This document shows positions 1 to 13,631 of a DNA stretch of 64,000 nucleotides, one piece after another; position 1 is the stretch's first letter; every line of letters begins with the position of its first letter. The notes below the pieces were generated by a model. The model saw nothing but the letters and a program-made list of their open reading frames with translations, had not been told where the DNA came from and did not search any database. The position numbers and the translations under genes are program-made. Source of the DNA: Octopus sinensis. Lineage: Eukaryota. The stretch lies in the NCBI RefSeq assembly GCF_006345805.1, contig NC_043011.1, positions 17,868,464 through 17,932,463 of the forward strand, in the 5' to 3' direction.

Positions 1-87
1 CCTCCGTCACTTTTGTGACCTGTACTAATTTTTCCTTTAGGTTCTAATTGCTAACAAGCTACCCTTTTAATCTGTGGTATGTGTGTG

Positions 88-130
<43 letters not shown>

Positions 131-375
131 TACACAATGAATCTCGTTCAATTTCTGTGTACCACAGTCAATCACAAGGTTTTAGTCGATCCTAGTTATA
201 GTAGAAAACAACCGCCTGAGTTTCCACGTAGTGGGTCCGAATCTTCATCCATGTGATCCGGAAGCAAATTGGTATTAAATTGCCAAGCTAATACAGTGAA
301 CTATCTGGGAGGAAAACCCCAAGCAATTAAACTAGATAAATAGATTTGCAATGCAAACCACATAGGCTTATAGAG

Positions 376-763
376 TACTAGCAGTATCGCCCGGCGTTGC
401 TCGGGTTTGTAAGGGAAATAACTATATAAGCATTTTTAGAGAGAGTTAGCCAAAAAATAGCAAAAAAATGCATTAAAAATGGAAAAAAAATAATGGTAAA
501 TTTTTTTTAAATCGTTGACTCATCGTAGACATTTTTAGAGAGTTACTTCCCTTATATAATAACGAAAAAATGCATTAAAATCGAAAAAATGACGGTAAAT
601 TTTTTTTTAAATCGTAGACTCATGCAAATACCCAGAAGGGCTCGATATGAATCACGACTATAAGATACCCGGTTTTGGTTAAACTGCCCCGCAAAATGTG
701 GGAGTAGTTAGGAATCTAAATCGTAGGCGACAGACACACAACCTCTCTTTTATATATAAAGAT
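376..763 (+). mobile_element. Non-autonomous Helitron/Helentron-like element, copy 1
   Basis: Starts TACTAG followed by a CCCGG-cgttg-CTCGGG hairpin and ends GACAGACACAC...TTTTATATATAAAGAT. The first ~95 bp are nearly identical to 4613-4710. The Helitron assignment is by resemblance to known non-autonomous rolling-circle termini. Confidence 0.5.
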
Positions 764-833
764 ATGTGTGTATGTGTGTGTGTGTGTGGTGTGTGTGTAT
801 GTATATATGTGTGTGTGTGTGTTTGTATATATA

Positions 834-897
<64 letters not shown>

Positions 898-1469
898 CAT
901 AAATACATGCATACATATTCGTTTATGTCTATGTGCATATGATATAAATGGCTCACCTGTTGATTTTGACCTATCAGCTTCCAGTTATTCATCAACCGAA
1001 CGATCTGCTTCTTAATTTAAGGTACGAATATTTCATGGACACCGGCATCCTTAATGTAAACCTCAGGCAGATTCAGTGTTACAAGGCTTTACTTTTGAAT
1101 TATGGGAGGATGACAGACTTCATCACCCTACTCAATTTCATTCATATCGACACACGGTTTTGGTGAAAACACTTACCCTAAATGCCACCAAATGATATTG
1201 AACTTGGTACCTCAGTATTGTAAAACTTACTTCTTAACCCTTTCGCCTAAGCCTACAATTGTGTGTGTGTGTGTTATGTGTGTGTGTGTGTGTGTGTGTG
1301 TGTGACTATGTGCCTGTCTGTGTCTGTGATTGTGTATGTATACATTTATATATATGCGTGCATGTATGCCTGTCTGTCTCTCTCTGTCTCTCTCTCTCTA
1401 TCTATCTGTCTGTATGTCTATCTGTCTGTATGTCTGTCTGTCCGTCTATCTGACTGTCTGCCTGTCTAT

Positions 1470-1823
1470 ATTCTTTTATTGTTCCAGTCATGTGACTGCG
1501 GCCTTGCAAGGTTTTAATCGAACAAATAGACCCCAGGACTTATACGTAGTTACCCTATTCTACTGGTCTCTTTTGCCGAACCGCCAAATTACGGGGACGT
1601 AAACACGCCAACGCCGGTTGTCAAGCGAAGCTGGGGTGACAAACAGCACAAAGATACACACATAAATATATACATACACACACAAACACACACATATATA
1701 CGACGGGCTTCTATCAGTTTCCGTCTTCCTAATCCACTCACAAGGCCTTGGACGGCCCGAGGCTACACTAGAAGACACTTGCTCAAGGTGCCACGCAGTA
1801 AGTGGGACTGAACCCGGAACCAT
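1470..1823 (-). mobile_element. tRNA-derived SINE family A (octopus-type, internal (TA)n(TG)n), 5'-truncated
   Basis: Reverse complement matches the full copies at 11286-11689 and 26293-26700, including the B-box GGTTCAGTCCC and the GGCCGCAGTCA tail. Confidence 0.85.
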
Positions 1824-1916
1824 ATATATATATATAAAGGTAGCATAATTGATAATTATACATACATTACATATTGGGCTCACTTTTACTCCTGTCTATA
1901 AAATCATATCTACATA

Positions 1917-1959
<43 letters not shown>

Positions 1960-2181
1960 ACTTTCCACCACTTTCCTTTTTTCTCTCTCCTTTATTTACA
2001 CAGACAACGGATGTGCGTTAGGCAAGTAAGATTTCAGCGATGGTGGGGCGACCTTGAGATTTTTAGTGGTGTCTTGTTCATGTTTAACCCATGTGGTTGT
2101 GATATTATTTTCTTGTTTTGTTTTATGCTCTCTCTCTCTTTCTCTCTTTCTCTCTTTTATATGTGTGTATGCGTTGTGTTA

Positions 2182-2250
2182 TAAGAAGTTGGCTTTCTAA
2201 CCACATGGTTCCGGGTTCATTCCCACTGTACAAGTGTCTTCTACTATAGT
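2182..2250 (+). mobile_element. SINE family A head fragment
   Basis: AACCACATGGTTCCGGGTTCATTCCCACTG...CAAGTGTCTTCTACTATAG matches the head of 11286-11689. Confidence 0.7.
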
Positions 2251-2254
2251 ATAT

Positions 2255-2312
<58 letters not shown>

Positions 2313-2353
2313 ATGTGTGTGTGTGTATATATATATGTGTGTGTGTGTGTGTG

Positions 2354-2394
<41 letters not shown>

Positions 2395-2396
<2 letters not shown>

Positions 2397-2590
2397 TCTT
2401 TTACTTGTTTCTGTCATTTGACTGTGTATGTGCTGGAGGTCGAACAAATCGACTCCAGGACTTATTCTTTGTAAGCCTAGCACTTATTCTATTGGGCTCT
2501 TTTACCGAACCGCTAGCTTATGGGGACGTAAACCCACCAACATCAGTTGTCAAGCGATGGTGGGCGGACAAACACAAGCACACACACACA

Positions 2591-2625
<35 letters not shown>

Positions 2626-2753
2626 ATAACAGGCTTCTTTCAGTTTCCATCTACCAAACCCACTCACAAAGCTTTGGTCGATCCGGAGCTATAGAGAAGA
2701 CACTTGTGGGACTGAACTCGGAACCATGTGGTTGGTAAGCAAGCTTTTTACCA
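2395..2753 (-). mobile_element. SINE family A, near full length
   Basis: Collinear reverse-complement similarity to 11286-11689 with an internal deletion. Confidence 0.85.
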
Positions 2754-2774
2754 TATGTATATATTTACATACAC

Positions 2775-2806
<32 letters not shown>

Positions 2807-2924
2807 ACAAACATACATACACATATACATATGTGTGTATACAAATTATGTATGTATACACACATACACACATATATACCACGCTTTTATAGTAAGCAGG
2901 TGCGATCGAAGCCTATATATATGT

Positions 2925-3100
2925 ATATCTATCTATCTATCTATCTATCTATTTATCTATCTATCTAGCTAGCTAGCTACCTACCTACCTACCTACCTAC
3001 CTACCTACCTATCTATCTATCTATCTATCTATACATACATACATACATACATACATACATACATACATACATACATACATACATACATACATACATACAT
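2925..3100. repeat. Compound tetranucleotide microsatellite (TATC)/(TAGC)/(TACC)/(TATC)/(TACA)
   Basis: Directly visible. Confidence 0.95.
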
Positions 3101-3640
3101 GCCCAGCATGAGATAGAGAAACTTGAAAATACGGCTAGTAGTAAAAGCTAACAAACAAAATGCTTTCTTGTTGTTTACTGTGAGAAGAGGGAGTGAGTAA
3201 AAATAGCGAGAGAAGAAAGGAGAGTCAGGTTGAGAGAATGAGTATAAGAGTATAAAAGAACGAAAGGGGAGTGTAAGACGGAGGTAGTATGTGTGATTGT
3301 GTCACTGAGAAAAGAGTGTGTCAGTAAGTGTGTGTGTGTGTATGTATGTGTATGTGTGTGTGTGTGTGTGTTAGTTTAGTGTTTGTGTTCATGCGTGTGG
3401 ATAAGTGACAGTACCTTAAATGAGTAAGAGAAAGGGTAGTGTGGATCGTGTTAGAAGTGGATCCTTTCAGCAACATTACCAACACACACTCACACACGCA
3501 CTCACACAAACCCAAATACTCAGACTCAACTGTCATATTTTCACCCCCACCGAAAATGCAGCCATTGACAAAGTGCCAATTCTATCGCACTTGCTTGCTA
3601 TAACAGCGTAGTAGATTATGTACATGCGTGTGTGTGTGTG

Positions 3641-3714
<74 letters not shown>

Positions 3715-3721
3715 GTGTATG

Positions 3722-4117
3722 TCGTCATAATAATTTCCACGTAACTAAACACTTTTAAACTTCGTATACTGGTAGAATGTGTTTATAAAACATCTTTTTC
3801 TCTTGGCTTTATTGAAAATATTCTATAGTTTGTAAGATATTTGTTGTTTTTTTTCTTCAATTTCTGCAATTTCAACCAATCAATGATGTCTATTGAGGTG
3901 GAAACATTTTGTGCCGTATGAATATGGCCCTCGTTTAAGAAACAGATTGGGTTTATTTACATTTCTGAAGAAAAAAAGATACCCTTCCTTCCCCCATCCC
4001 TAACCCTAACCCTAAAAAAGATTGAAATGCAATAGATTGATACTAGGGTCATAATTATGGGTGACAATTTCATATGATACTGCTAGAAAAAACTGCCGTT
4101 CAAACCGAAAAGATCCT
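3722..4117. mobile_element. Unclassified interspersed repeat containing (CCCTAA)3
   Basis: CCCTAACCCTAACCCTAA at 3998-4015 lies in complex sequence between microsatellites. It resembles a non-autonomous DNA-transposon-type repeat; class not determined. Confidence 0.35.
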
Positions 4118-4170
4118 GCGCACATATATAATTTGCGTACACATACATATATGTGTGCATGTATATATAT

Positions 4171-4392
4171 ACCTATTTCCTAATTACCTACAAGGGGCTA
4201 AACATAGAGGGGACAAACAAGGACAGACATAGATATTAAGTCGATGTGTAACTGGTACTTAATTTATCGACCCCGAAAGGATGAAAGGCAAAGTCGACCT
4301 CGGCGGGATTTGAACTCACAACGTAATGGCAGACGAAATACCGCTAAGCATTTCGCCCACCGTCCTAACGATTCTGCCAGCTCGCCGCCTTA
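4171..4392 (-). mobile_element. tRNA-derived SINE family B (core CTTTCATCCTTTCGGGGTCGATAAATTAAGTACCAG)
   Basis: Matches copies at 38788-39020 and 46398-46633. On the minus strand the head has an A-box-like GAGCTGGCAGAATCG and a B-box GAGTTCAAATCCC. Confidence 0.85.
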
Positions 4393-4612
4393 TATATATA
4401 CGCACACATGTATGTATGTATGTATGTATGTATGTATGTATGTATGTATGTATGTATGTATGTATGTATGTATGTTAATTTACATGTGACAGAATGTTCG
4501 TAGACAAGTCATACATAAGTTCCCATGCGTACAATGAATAATAAGCATAATTCTTGTATCAAGAAACATTAAATATGAGTTACCAACAAAGCAGTTGACT
4601 CATTTTATTAGT

Positions 4613-5003
4613 TACTAGCAGTATCGCCCGGCGTTGCTCGGGTTTGTAAGGGAAATAACTATAAAGCATTTTTAGAGAGTTATAGCCAAAAAATAGCAAA
4701 AAAATGGGGAAAAATTGATGGTAAATTTTTGTTTGAGAGTTAAAAAGGTGGAGTTGCATCCCCTAGACAGTCTGTGGTTTGTGTTTCTGATTCTCGACCC
4801 CATATCGAATTTAGCGATTTTTTTTTTCAGAACTGGGGGAACTTTTCAAAATTTTCGCTACGTTAGTTTTGAATTATGACATTGGGCTATGTGTGTGTCA
4901 AGTTTCATCAGAATCGGTTGAAAGCCGTGGTCAGGGTGAGGGTACAACCTGACAGACACACAGAAACACACACAGACAAACTGCCGTTTATATATAGAGA
5001 GAT
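4613..5003 (+). mobile_element. Non-autonomous Helitron/Helentron-like element, copy 2
   Basis: Same TACTAGCAGTATCGCCCGGCGTTGCTCGGG 5' end as 376-763 and a similar GACAGACACAC...TTTATATATAGAGAGAT 3' end, but a different interior. Confidence 0.5.
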
Positions 5004-5355
5004 TTCTTTCATACTATAAATCTACACTATCAGAGTTCAGTAAAGGTGGTTAAGAAATTATATAAACAACAACAATGATAATAGTATTTAAGGAAGTGTA
5101 ATTCAGGCGCTGACGCAGAGATATATTGCAATGAGGCAAACAGGTACGAAATCATAACCCACACGACATGTAGCAAATAAAGACATAATGATATTATTGT
5201 TGCTATGGAACAGCATATAGCTTGATTGGAAATTGATACACGTAGAGTAAGAAAACATCGCAAGAAAATAACTTTTTCTTTTATAATAAGTAGATGAGTA
5301 TGTGAATTAATGAGTGTAATCGTGTATTATCATAGGTATGTATATATATATATAC

Positions 5356-5409
<54 letters not shown>

Positions 5410-5609
5410 AAGTATGTATGCCTGTATTTATATTTCGACACATACATAGGGTACTGGTCAGTGAGGTGCTGACACAACGAATACGTTTTTTTCTCAGAAT
5501 TATGCCGGTAAATTTGGTGAATGTGAACTACTTTGTGGTATTGGATATCGTATAGACATACCTATTCCCCATATACATACATACATATATTCATGTGTGT
5601 GTGTGTCTA

Positions 5610-5673
<64 letters not shown>

Positions 5674-5757
5674 GAGAGAGAGGGAGAGAAATGTATATTT
5701 CTATATATGTGTATATATATATGTATATATATATATATATGTATATGTATATATTAT

Positions 5758-5805
<48 letters not shown>

Positions 5806-5994
5806 ATATATGAATAAAAGTGAAATGACACATGCATACACACACATAGATACACATACATCTGAGCATATCAGAATATGTGAGTGTATGCATGTGTGCG
5901 AGTGTGTGTTCCTTTATATATGTCTACATATATATATATATACGTATATGCATGCATATACTTATCCATTGTGTCGGAATATGTAGCCAGTAAG

Positions 5995-7077
5995 TTAATA
6001 TTTGGTCGTGATGGTAGCGGCTGGGAAGTTGATAGTAGCCATAGCGACAAGATACAATTTGAAATTATTTTGGCACTGCTCAAAACCATGTCAGGAGAAG
6101 GGTGCATAAGTTAATGGAAATATGTTTCTGCATCAATCAAGAGAGACAGTTATTGATTCTAAATATGAAGAAGACAAAGGAAAACTACATGTAAAGGGAG
6201 ATTTTAATAAATATCTTTTTTCTCGGTGGTTGTCTCAGGTGCCAACATCGTTGGCTTCAATGCAACTATTATAATTCATAACTTGTACACCAATACATGC
6301 GGACGAAAGATGTTTTCTTCTGTTCTTCTTTGTTTCTTTATTGGACTCACCAATCACTGGAGGATGAATCGTACGAAAATTTTGGATAACAAAAAGAAGT
6401 ATGATCAAAGCATTCGCAACAAGTTACAACACAAAAACCAATCTCTTTTTTTCCTTTTGTTTGCCACTGCTTTGAATTGTTGAATGTGCTGCGGTGAGAT
6501 TGAATTCATTGCATGTTGTATTTTTTCTGTCAATGTCTTCTGAGTAAAACTACTGTGCAGTGGTCCACAGCGAATAAATAATTGCAAGAAAATAACCAAG
6601 TTTATCAATATTTAAAAATGTTTTTACAGGGAATATAATTGATTAATATAAAATTAATCTCCTCTCGTACATCGGTACGCAGCTCCGGGTCATAGTTATT
6701 GAGTGACACCGTTGAAATTTGATTTTACCATTATGTCATATAGTCATGCTCATTGAGTACGAAAATTTAAAACAGAATTATTGGAGTAAAGAAGTTTGAT
6801 CTTCTTGAGATCTTTTGGGGAGAGGGACTTCACCCTGTGGGACTGCTTTAATTGGTATTTTTTCTGATATTGGTGATATGTAGGTTCTTGGACGATGTGA
6901 AAAACAATTCCACGTACTGGGAACATTGTAGTATTCGTCGATAATGTTCTCATTGCATACAAGTCCCTCGAATTCACTGATATAACTAGATGTACTTTTC
7001 TTTTTGCAATGTCATAGTAATATTTGTGTGTGTCTTGTAAAAGTAAGAACATAAATGAGGCTAAATACAAAGTACAT
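5995..7077 (-). pseudogene. Possible decayed coding sequence of an unidentified membrane protein
   Basis: One minus frame runs 361 codons with about 10 stops by hand translation, and contains hydrophobic blocks (LGYFLAIIYSLW; LVFVL*LVANALIILLFVI) flanking a loop with NTT and NLT sequons. No family recognised. Confidence 0.2.
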
Positions 7078-7118
7078 CGGTGATATTAATCTCTGACACA
7101 GATGTACGGTGAAGGTAG

Positions 7119-7536
7119 GGATAGAACCAATTCTAATATATGGCTCAGAAACTTGCACGTTATCAAAGAAGCTTAAGAGGCGGTTGGATGGAACTTACAC
7201 TCGCCTCCTTATGAGAACTCGAAATCTCTCGTGGAAGTGTCATCCAACCAAAATGCAAATATATAGGAAACTACCACCTGTATCATCTCTTGTGACAAGT
7301 AGAAGAGTCCAGTTTGCTGGGCATTGTTGTAGAGCTGAAAACGAGGCAATTTCTACTCTTCTCCTCTGGAAGCCATCTGCTCACGATATCAGAGGGCGCA
7401 CACTCTCCTACCCTGATGTAGTCTCCAGGAATACGGGCATCCAGCAACAGGACATCCGTAATGCTATCATGGACCGTGAAGTCTGGCGTGACATAGTAAA
7501 TTCCACTGTCTTGACCACGGCCGAACAAGGATGATA
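7119..7536 (+). mobile_element. RTE-clade LINE, 3' fragment (end of ORF2 plus short tail)
   Basis: IEPILIYGSET...RRLDGTYTRLL...SW...RRVQFAGHC.R...DREVWR is the typical RTE C-terminal RT region. Ends in a GATGAT-type tail. Confidence 0.85.
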
Positions 7537-7567
7537 AGGGATAGAAATATTCTATTTATCTCTGAAA

Positions 7568-7569
<2 letters not shown>

Positions 7570-7652
<83 letters not shown>

Positions 7653-7712
7653 ATATCTATCTATCTATCTATCTATCTACCTGTCTGTCTGTCTGCCTGT
7701 CTACTTACCTTC

Positions 7713-7810
<98 letters not shown>

Positions 7811-7849
7811 GTCTGTCTATGTATGTATGTATGTATGTATGTATGTATG

Positions 7850-7900
<51 letters not shown>
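7570..7900. repeat. (TATC)n/(TATG)n microsatellite
   Basis: Directly visible. Confidence 0.95.
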
Positions 7901-8174
7901 TCTCTCTCTCTCTCTCTCTCTATGTTTCTATCTATCTATCAGTCTATCAAACTATCCCTTTTCCTGCATGTAGCTTTTTTTCTTTTAACATTTTCTCCTA
8001 TAATTACACTCTGCACTAACATTTCTCCATACTATTGGCTTACTTTTCTTTTTGAAGTTGTTAGAATTTATTTTACACATAAAGCAGCACCATGCAGTGG
8101 AGGTGTCAAACTTATTAGAACGGGGATATATAATCTCTCTTTCTGCTATATTCATCAACCAGTAATACTTCTTA

Positions 8175-8393
8175 CAATCCTGAACAGCAACAGCGAAAAA
8201 TCTCATTTGAGACATAATTCTCTTCCTCCATCCAAATATATATACATATTACATGGTAGTGTTCTTGAGATTTCACATTCTTTGAATCTATCTGTAAACA
8301 GATTTCCATGGTTAATCCTAAATTTTTGAGGTATGGATGGTGGAAGAGAATTATGTCTCAAATGAGATTTTTTGCTGCTGTTGTTCAAGATTG
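8175..8393. repeat. Inverted repeat, 60 bp arms, 99 bp spacer (MITE-like)
   Basis: 8175-8234 is the reverse complement of 8334-8393 with 5 mismatches. Confidence 0.85.
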
Positions 8394-9046
8394 CTTCAAT
8401 TTTTGAATTACAATGTAGCACGATGCCACACTGCTGTAAATATTTAGATAGTAGATGTGGAACCTTTGGTTAATACATATTCGATGATACACCTTAGGGC
8501 ATAAAATTTACAATCTGATGTTTACATTGAAAAGTGCACATTGCATTAGTTGCCTGGGTTTGTACGTTTTCCCGCTCATATTTTTGAGGCAGTTTTCAAT
8601 GGATTGTTCGAATCGTTCTAATCTCCAAGTGACCATATTTTGAATCAGTAAGGGATACATCATGTGTGATATTTAAATCATGAGTATGCATTATTTAGAT
8701 GTTCACATTTGTTTTTTTTATTATATAGCGTTTATATTATTGTATATTTCAAAGTGAACAAATGCCTGTTTTTACGCATCTTGGTCAAAAACATTATTTT
8801 ATTGCATCTAGGAAGAGGATACAATTTATATATTCTAGATGTTTCTGCATCAGGGTTGCAAACGTACATTAGAATAGGATACATTAGCAACTGACTCAAA
8901 CTGTCACCAGACGGATTTTGAGTTGTATCAATTCAAAGGGACAATTTGATACAAACGGCATCTACTGAATGATTTTATGTGCCTGGAAATACATATAAGG
9001 TGTGTGTATGTATGTAGATATACATTTGGAAGTGTCTATTATATGA

Positions 9047-9078
<32 letters not shown>

Positions 9079-9149
9079 TGGGGTGTGTGTATGAGGGAGA
9101 GTGTGGTTGGATATACTGAAATACAAATGTATGTCTGTATGTGTGCATA

Positions 9150-9540
9150 TTCTTTTACTTGATTCAGTCATTTGAATGCGGCCATGCTGGAGCACCGCCT
9201 TTAGTCGAACGCCTCGAACCCAGGTCTTATACATTGTATGCCAAGTACTTATTCTACCGGTCACCTTTGCCGAACCACTAAGTTACGGGGAATTGAACAC
9301 ACCAGCATTGGTTGTCAAGCGATGGGGAGGGCAGACACAGGCAGGCAAATACACACACATACACATATATTTATATAAGTATGCGACAGGCTTCTCTCAG
9401 TTTGCGTATACCAAGTCCACCCACAAGGTCTTGGCTGGCCCGAAGCATACTACAAAACACTTGCCCAAGTTTTCATGCAGTGAGATTAACCCGGAACGAT
9501 GTGGCTGTTACATATGCCACTTAACACACAGCCACTCCTG
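9150..9540 (-). mobile_element. SINE family A, full length, diverged
   Basis: Collinear with 11286-11689 from head (CAGCCACTCC) to tail (TCTTTTACTTG). Confidence 0.85.
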
Positions 9541-9615
9541 CGACCATGTAAATCATATACAAACAATACCTCTCTGTAGGACACTTTATCTATATATATG
9601 TACATATGTATTTAC

Positions 9616-9726
<111 letters not shown>

Positions 9727-11285
9727 TAGACAAAAAATCTTTTATCAATTCAAAATAAACAATTAAAATAAAACTATCTAGAAAATTACATATAATAGAA
9801 ATATTAAAATAAAAAATAACAATAACATATCAATAATGAAGTAAATTGCAAAAAAAAAAACGTATATAATTGGTAGAATAATATTCTAGATGGTGTAATT
9901 TAATTATTCATTTTAACTGCATATTAACTGCTTCTCGCTACCCAAATTTCAACAATGTGTCTATAGCGTTATTATTATCATTATTAATATGATTATCATC
10001 AATAATATTAATACGCCAATTTTTTTTTGTACGTACGTGACCCGTGTGTCATGCATAAGAAAGAATCTTGTTGCTTAAATAAAAATTTACTAACAAGATC
10101 TTTTGAAATATCTGGAAGAGATTTGAAATCACCACATATAGTGTTCTGTTTCCTCTCAATACCCATGCCAACTGGGCCATCACAACCGAAACGATCTAAG
10201 CGAGAAAATTAAGATATTTAAATTTGACGCGTGTCGAGAGTAGGTGGGAGAGAAGGGCAACAGTGAGAAGGTGTGGGTGATAGTCATTTAAATTCTTTCT
10301 ACGATTGAACTGAAAATCACACCTTTTAAAACCGAAACTGACATACACACATATTAGTTTTAGGTCTTCTACCCATTTGAATTCTGTAATACACCAAATA
10401 ACAGGTTAAGTTTTATGTACCGAAATTTAAATTTCGAATTTGTTTTAGTTATAAAATTATACCTCAGCTAAAAATCACATTTTGGTTTTCGAATGCAACC
10501 ATTATTTTTTTTCTGTTTCGGTCAGGATTTTTCCAATTTCTTTTTTCTTGTATCAAGTAATGGACGAAAGCATTTTAAAAAATGAAACTCATACAGCCGA
10601 ACAAAATTTAAAATATTAATTCTATTTTCCCTTTCGTTAATACTAACAGAACATAGTATGCGAGAAATTTGGTTGTTTGTATATATATATTGAGACCCCG
10701 TTCGGTAATGACTGACTGAGGGATTGCCCCTAGAAAGTTACCCTCCGAGGGCCAATATATATATGTATATATATATTAGTTTGAATATGTTTTTATTCAA
10801 CGTTTTTCATTAGGATAGTATTTCATCAACTTGTTTATTTATATTCCTTTTACATTTTGATTCCATGTATGCCACTTATAACCAAGGATTCTCATGTATA
10901 TTAATAGCGAACTGCAACTACAAAAATGTATTCGAGTCGAAATAAGCGAAACTGAGATTTAAAAATCGTGGTACCTTTTGACATATCTTCTGACGAGCCG
11001 AATCTGCTCCTATGATGCGCCACATCTTTTTAAACAGCCTTTCGCCCACACGATGACGTGACACGATTTATGAAAAATTCTCATGAACGCAATTTCTTTG
11101 CTTTCTTTCATACGATATGAACTCTGTGGACATGAAGGAACTCCTGAAGTAAATCCAGTGAGATTTGCATCTATACTGTTGATGACACAAGTTAGCCGAA
11201 TACAGTGAAAGGGTCTTATACATCATACTTCAAGGTGTATACTCGAATTAGAAAATTATTTACTACTTATATATATATAAACACT

Positions 11286-11689
11286 GGAGTGGCTGTGTAG
11301 AAAATAGCTTGCTAACCAACCACATGGTTCCGAGTTCAGTCCCATGCGTGACATCTTGGGCAAGTGTCTTCTGCTATAGCCCCGGGCCAACCAATGTCTT
11401 GTGAGTGGATTTGGTAGACGGAAACTGAAAGAAGCCTGTCGTATATATGTAAATATATATATGTATGTATGTGTGTGTGTTTGTGTGTCTGAGTTCGTCC
11501 CCCTAGCATTGCTTGACAGCCGATGCTGGTGTGTTTACGTTCCCGTCACTTAGCGGTTCAGCAAAAGTGACCGATAGAATAAGTACTGGGCTTACAAAGA
11601 ATAAGTTCCGGGGTCGATTTGCTCGACTAAAGGCAGTGCTCCAGCATGGCCGCTGTCAAATGACTGAAACAAGTAAAAGAGTAAAAGAG
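11286..11689 (+). mobile_element. SINE family A, full length
   Basis: A-box TGGCTGTGT, B-box GAGTTCAGTCCC, internal (TA)(TG) tract, (GTAAAAGA)n tail; close to 26293-26700. Confidence 0.9.
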
Positions 11690-11980
11690 TATATATATAT
11701 ATATATATATAATTAAAAATGAGGGTGTGTGAGAGACACCAACATGCTGAAATAGCAGTCGAAATTCTGACATTAAAAACCACGTTAAGTGTTCATATCG
11801 TACCATGAGATAAGACAGAGGGACAATATATATAAGCAAAAGTTATTGAATTATTCATGATCCAGGATTTCTGGTTTTGCTTTAAATAAGCTTTACCGTC
11901 ATCAATTGAATATATCAAGGGTACATAAATACAGATATATATATGCAGAACAAACGATATACTTACACATACGAACGTCC

Positions 11981-12017
<37 letters not shown>

Positions 12018-13463
12018 CATACATATATATATATATATATATACGTATATACACAGAAACATACACACACACAATTTTATGTATTCGTGTGTGTATATAT
12101 GTCAAAGCTATCATGGATAGGGACATAAATTATTAGGTATATTCGGTTAGTGCTCTTTTGCTCATCAAAATTTAAGAAATTTTCTGTATGTCCATTTAAT
12201 TCCCGCCTCTTCATTATCTATACTGATGTAACATCACTTTTAAGGATGTAAATGTCTTAATATAACATGATATTAATAGTTTTAATTATTTATACTTTTA
12301 TCAGTTTACTTATGTATGTATAACAACAAGTGATGGACCGGTGTGTGTACGTATGTGCGTATGTGTGTGCCTGCGTTCGTGTATGTGTGTGAAACACAAA
12401 AACACAAAGTAAGTTTGTGTATATATAGGTTTCAACATATATTCTTATACCTATTAAAACGCGAACCTTTGCGGTTAGTGCATATTAAACATACAGTTAT
12501 AAAGACTTAGGTTTCAGTTCGTGGAACATGCGATGCGTTTGTCGTTGAGTATAATACTACACAGTGCATGTGTCTACTAAACCGAAATAAGCATCAACCT
12601 GGTTCTAGTGCAGACAATTTTCTATAGTGTGACATTTGAGATTGGCGAGAATTTGGTTTCATTTGCTCGCAACTATGTAGGCACATACATTTATCAACAA
12701 AAACGTGATACACTAATACTAAGACATACGCACAAGTAAGTAAAGTCTCTGTTCATTTTTGAATATTCATGAATAAAATTTTGAACTAAAAATAAATTAT
12801 ACGGATTATTCTGCCTATTCTACAATTTTGTAGCGAGTTTTTTTTTTTTTACGCAACGTGAATTTTGGTATGATTCTGTTTCTCGTTTATATGTGCTTCT
12901 CACTGTGTAAGTGCATGTATGTAGGTATTTATATGTGTGGTTTTTTTGCGTTTGCTAGTATAGCTTAGAAAATAATGCCTGCTTACTATTAAAACTTCAC
13001 AATTAAATTTTATGGCACTTTCACACATTCGTGGAAATATTATATATATATTGTTCTAGAATATCAAAGGGATTCAGTGAGTTAGTAAACGTTGAATGTT
13101 TTTATAATATTAAACTTTTATTCAATATTTTATATACTTTTGCGTAAATAATATCTTTTGATCTGAATTTATTACTTAGAAATTATAAAGAAACCGATAT
13201 ATGTACAACGAAAAAGTGGATAACTTTGAATGCATAATTTATGGGTTATTCGTGGCTTACTTAGTAGAATATTCTTGTTTATTACACCGAAACGTTAAAC
13301 ACACACACACAGACACACATAAACACACACACACATGCATAGCTGATCATACATTCACTTATATACGTATATCTTATATCTATACGTATATATATGCGTA
13401 TGTATATACATTATGCGTGTATATATATATGTATGTATATATATATATATTTATACCTATATA

Positions 13464-13511
<48 letters not shown>

Positions 13512-13547
13512 CATATATATATACCTATATATATATACATATATATG

Positions 13548-13591
<44 letters not shown>

Positions 13592-13598
13592 ATATATG

Positions 13599-13631
<33 letters not shown>

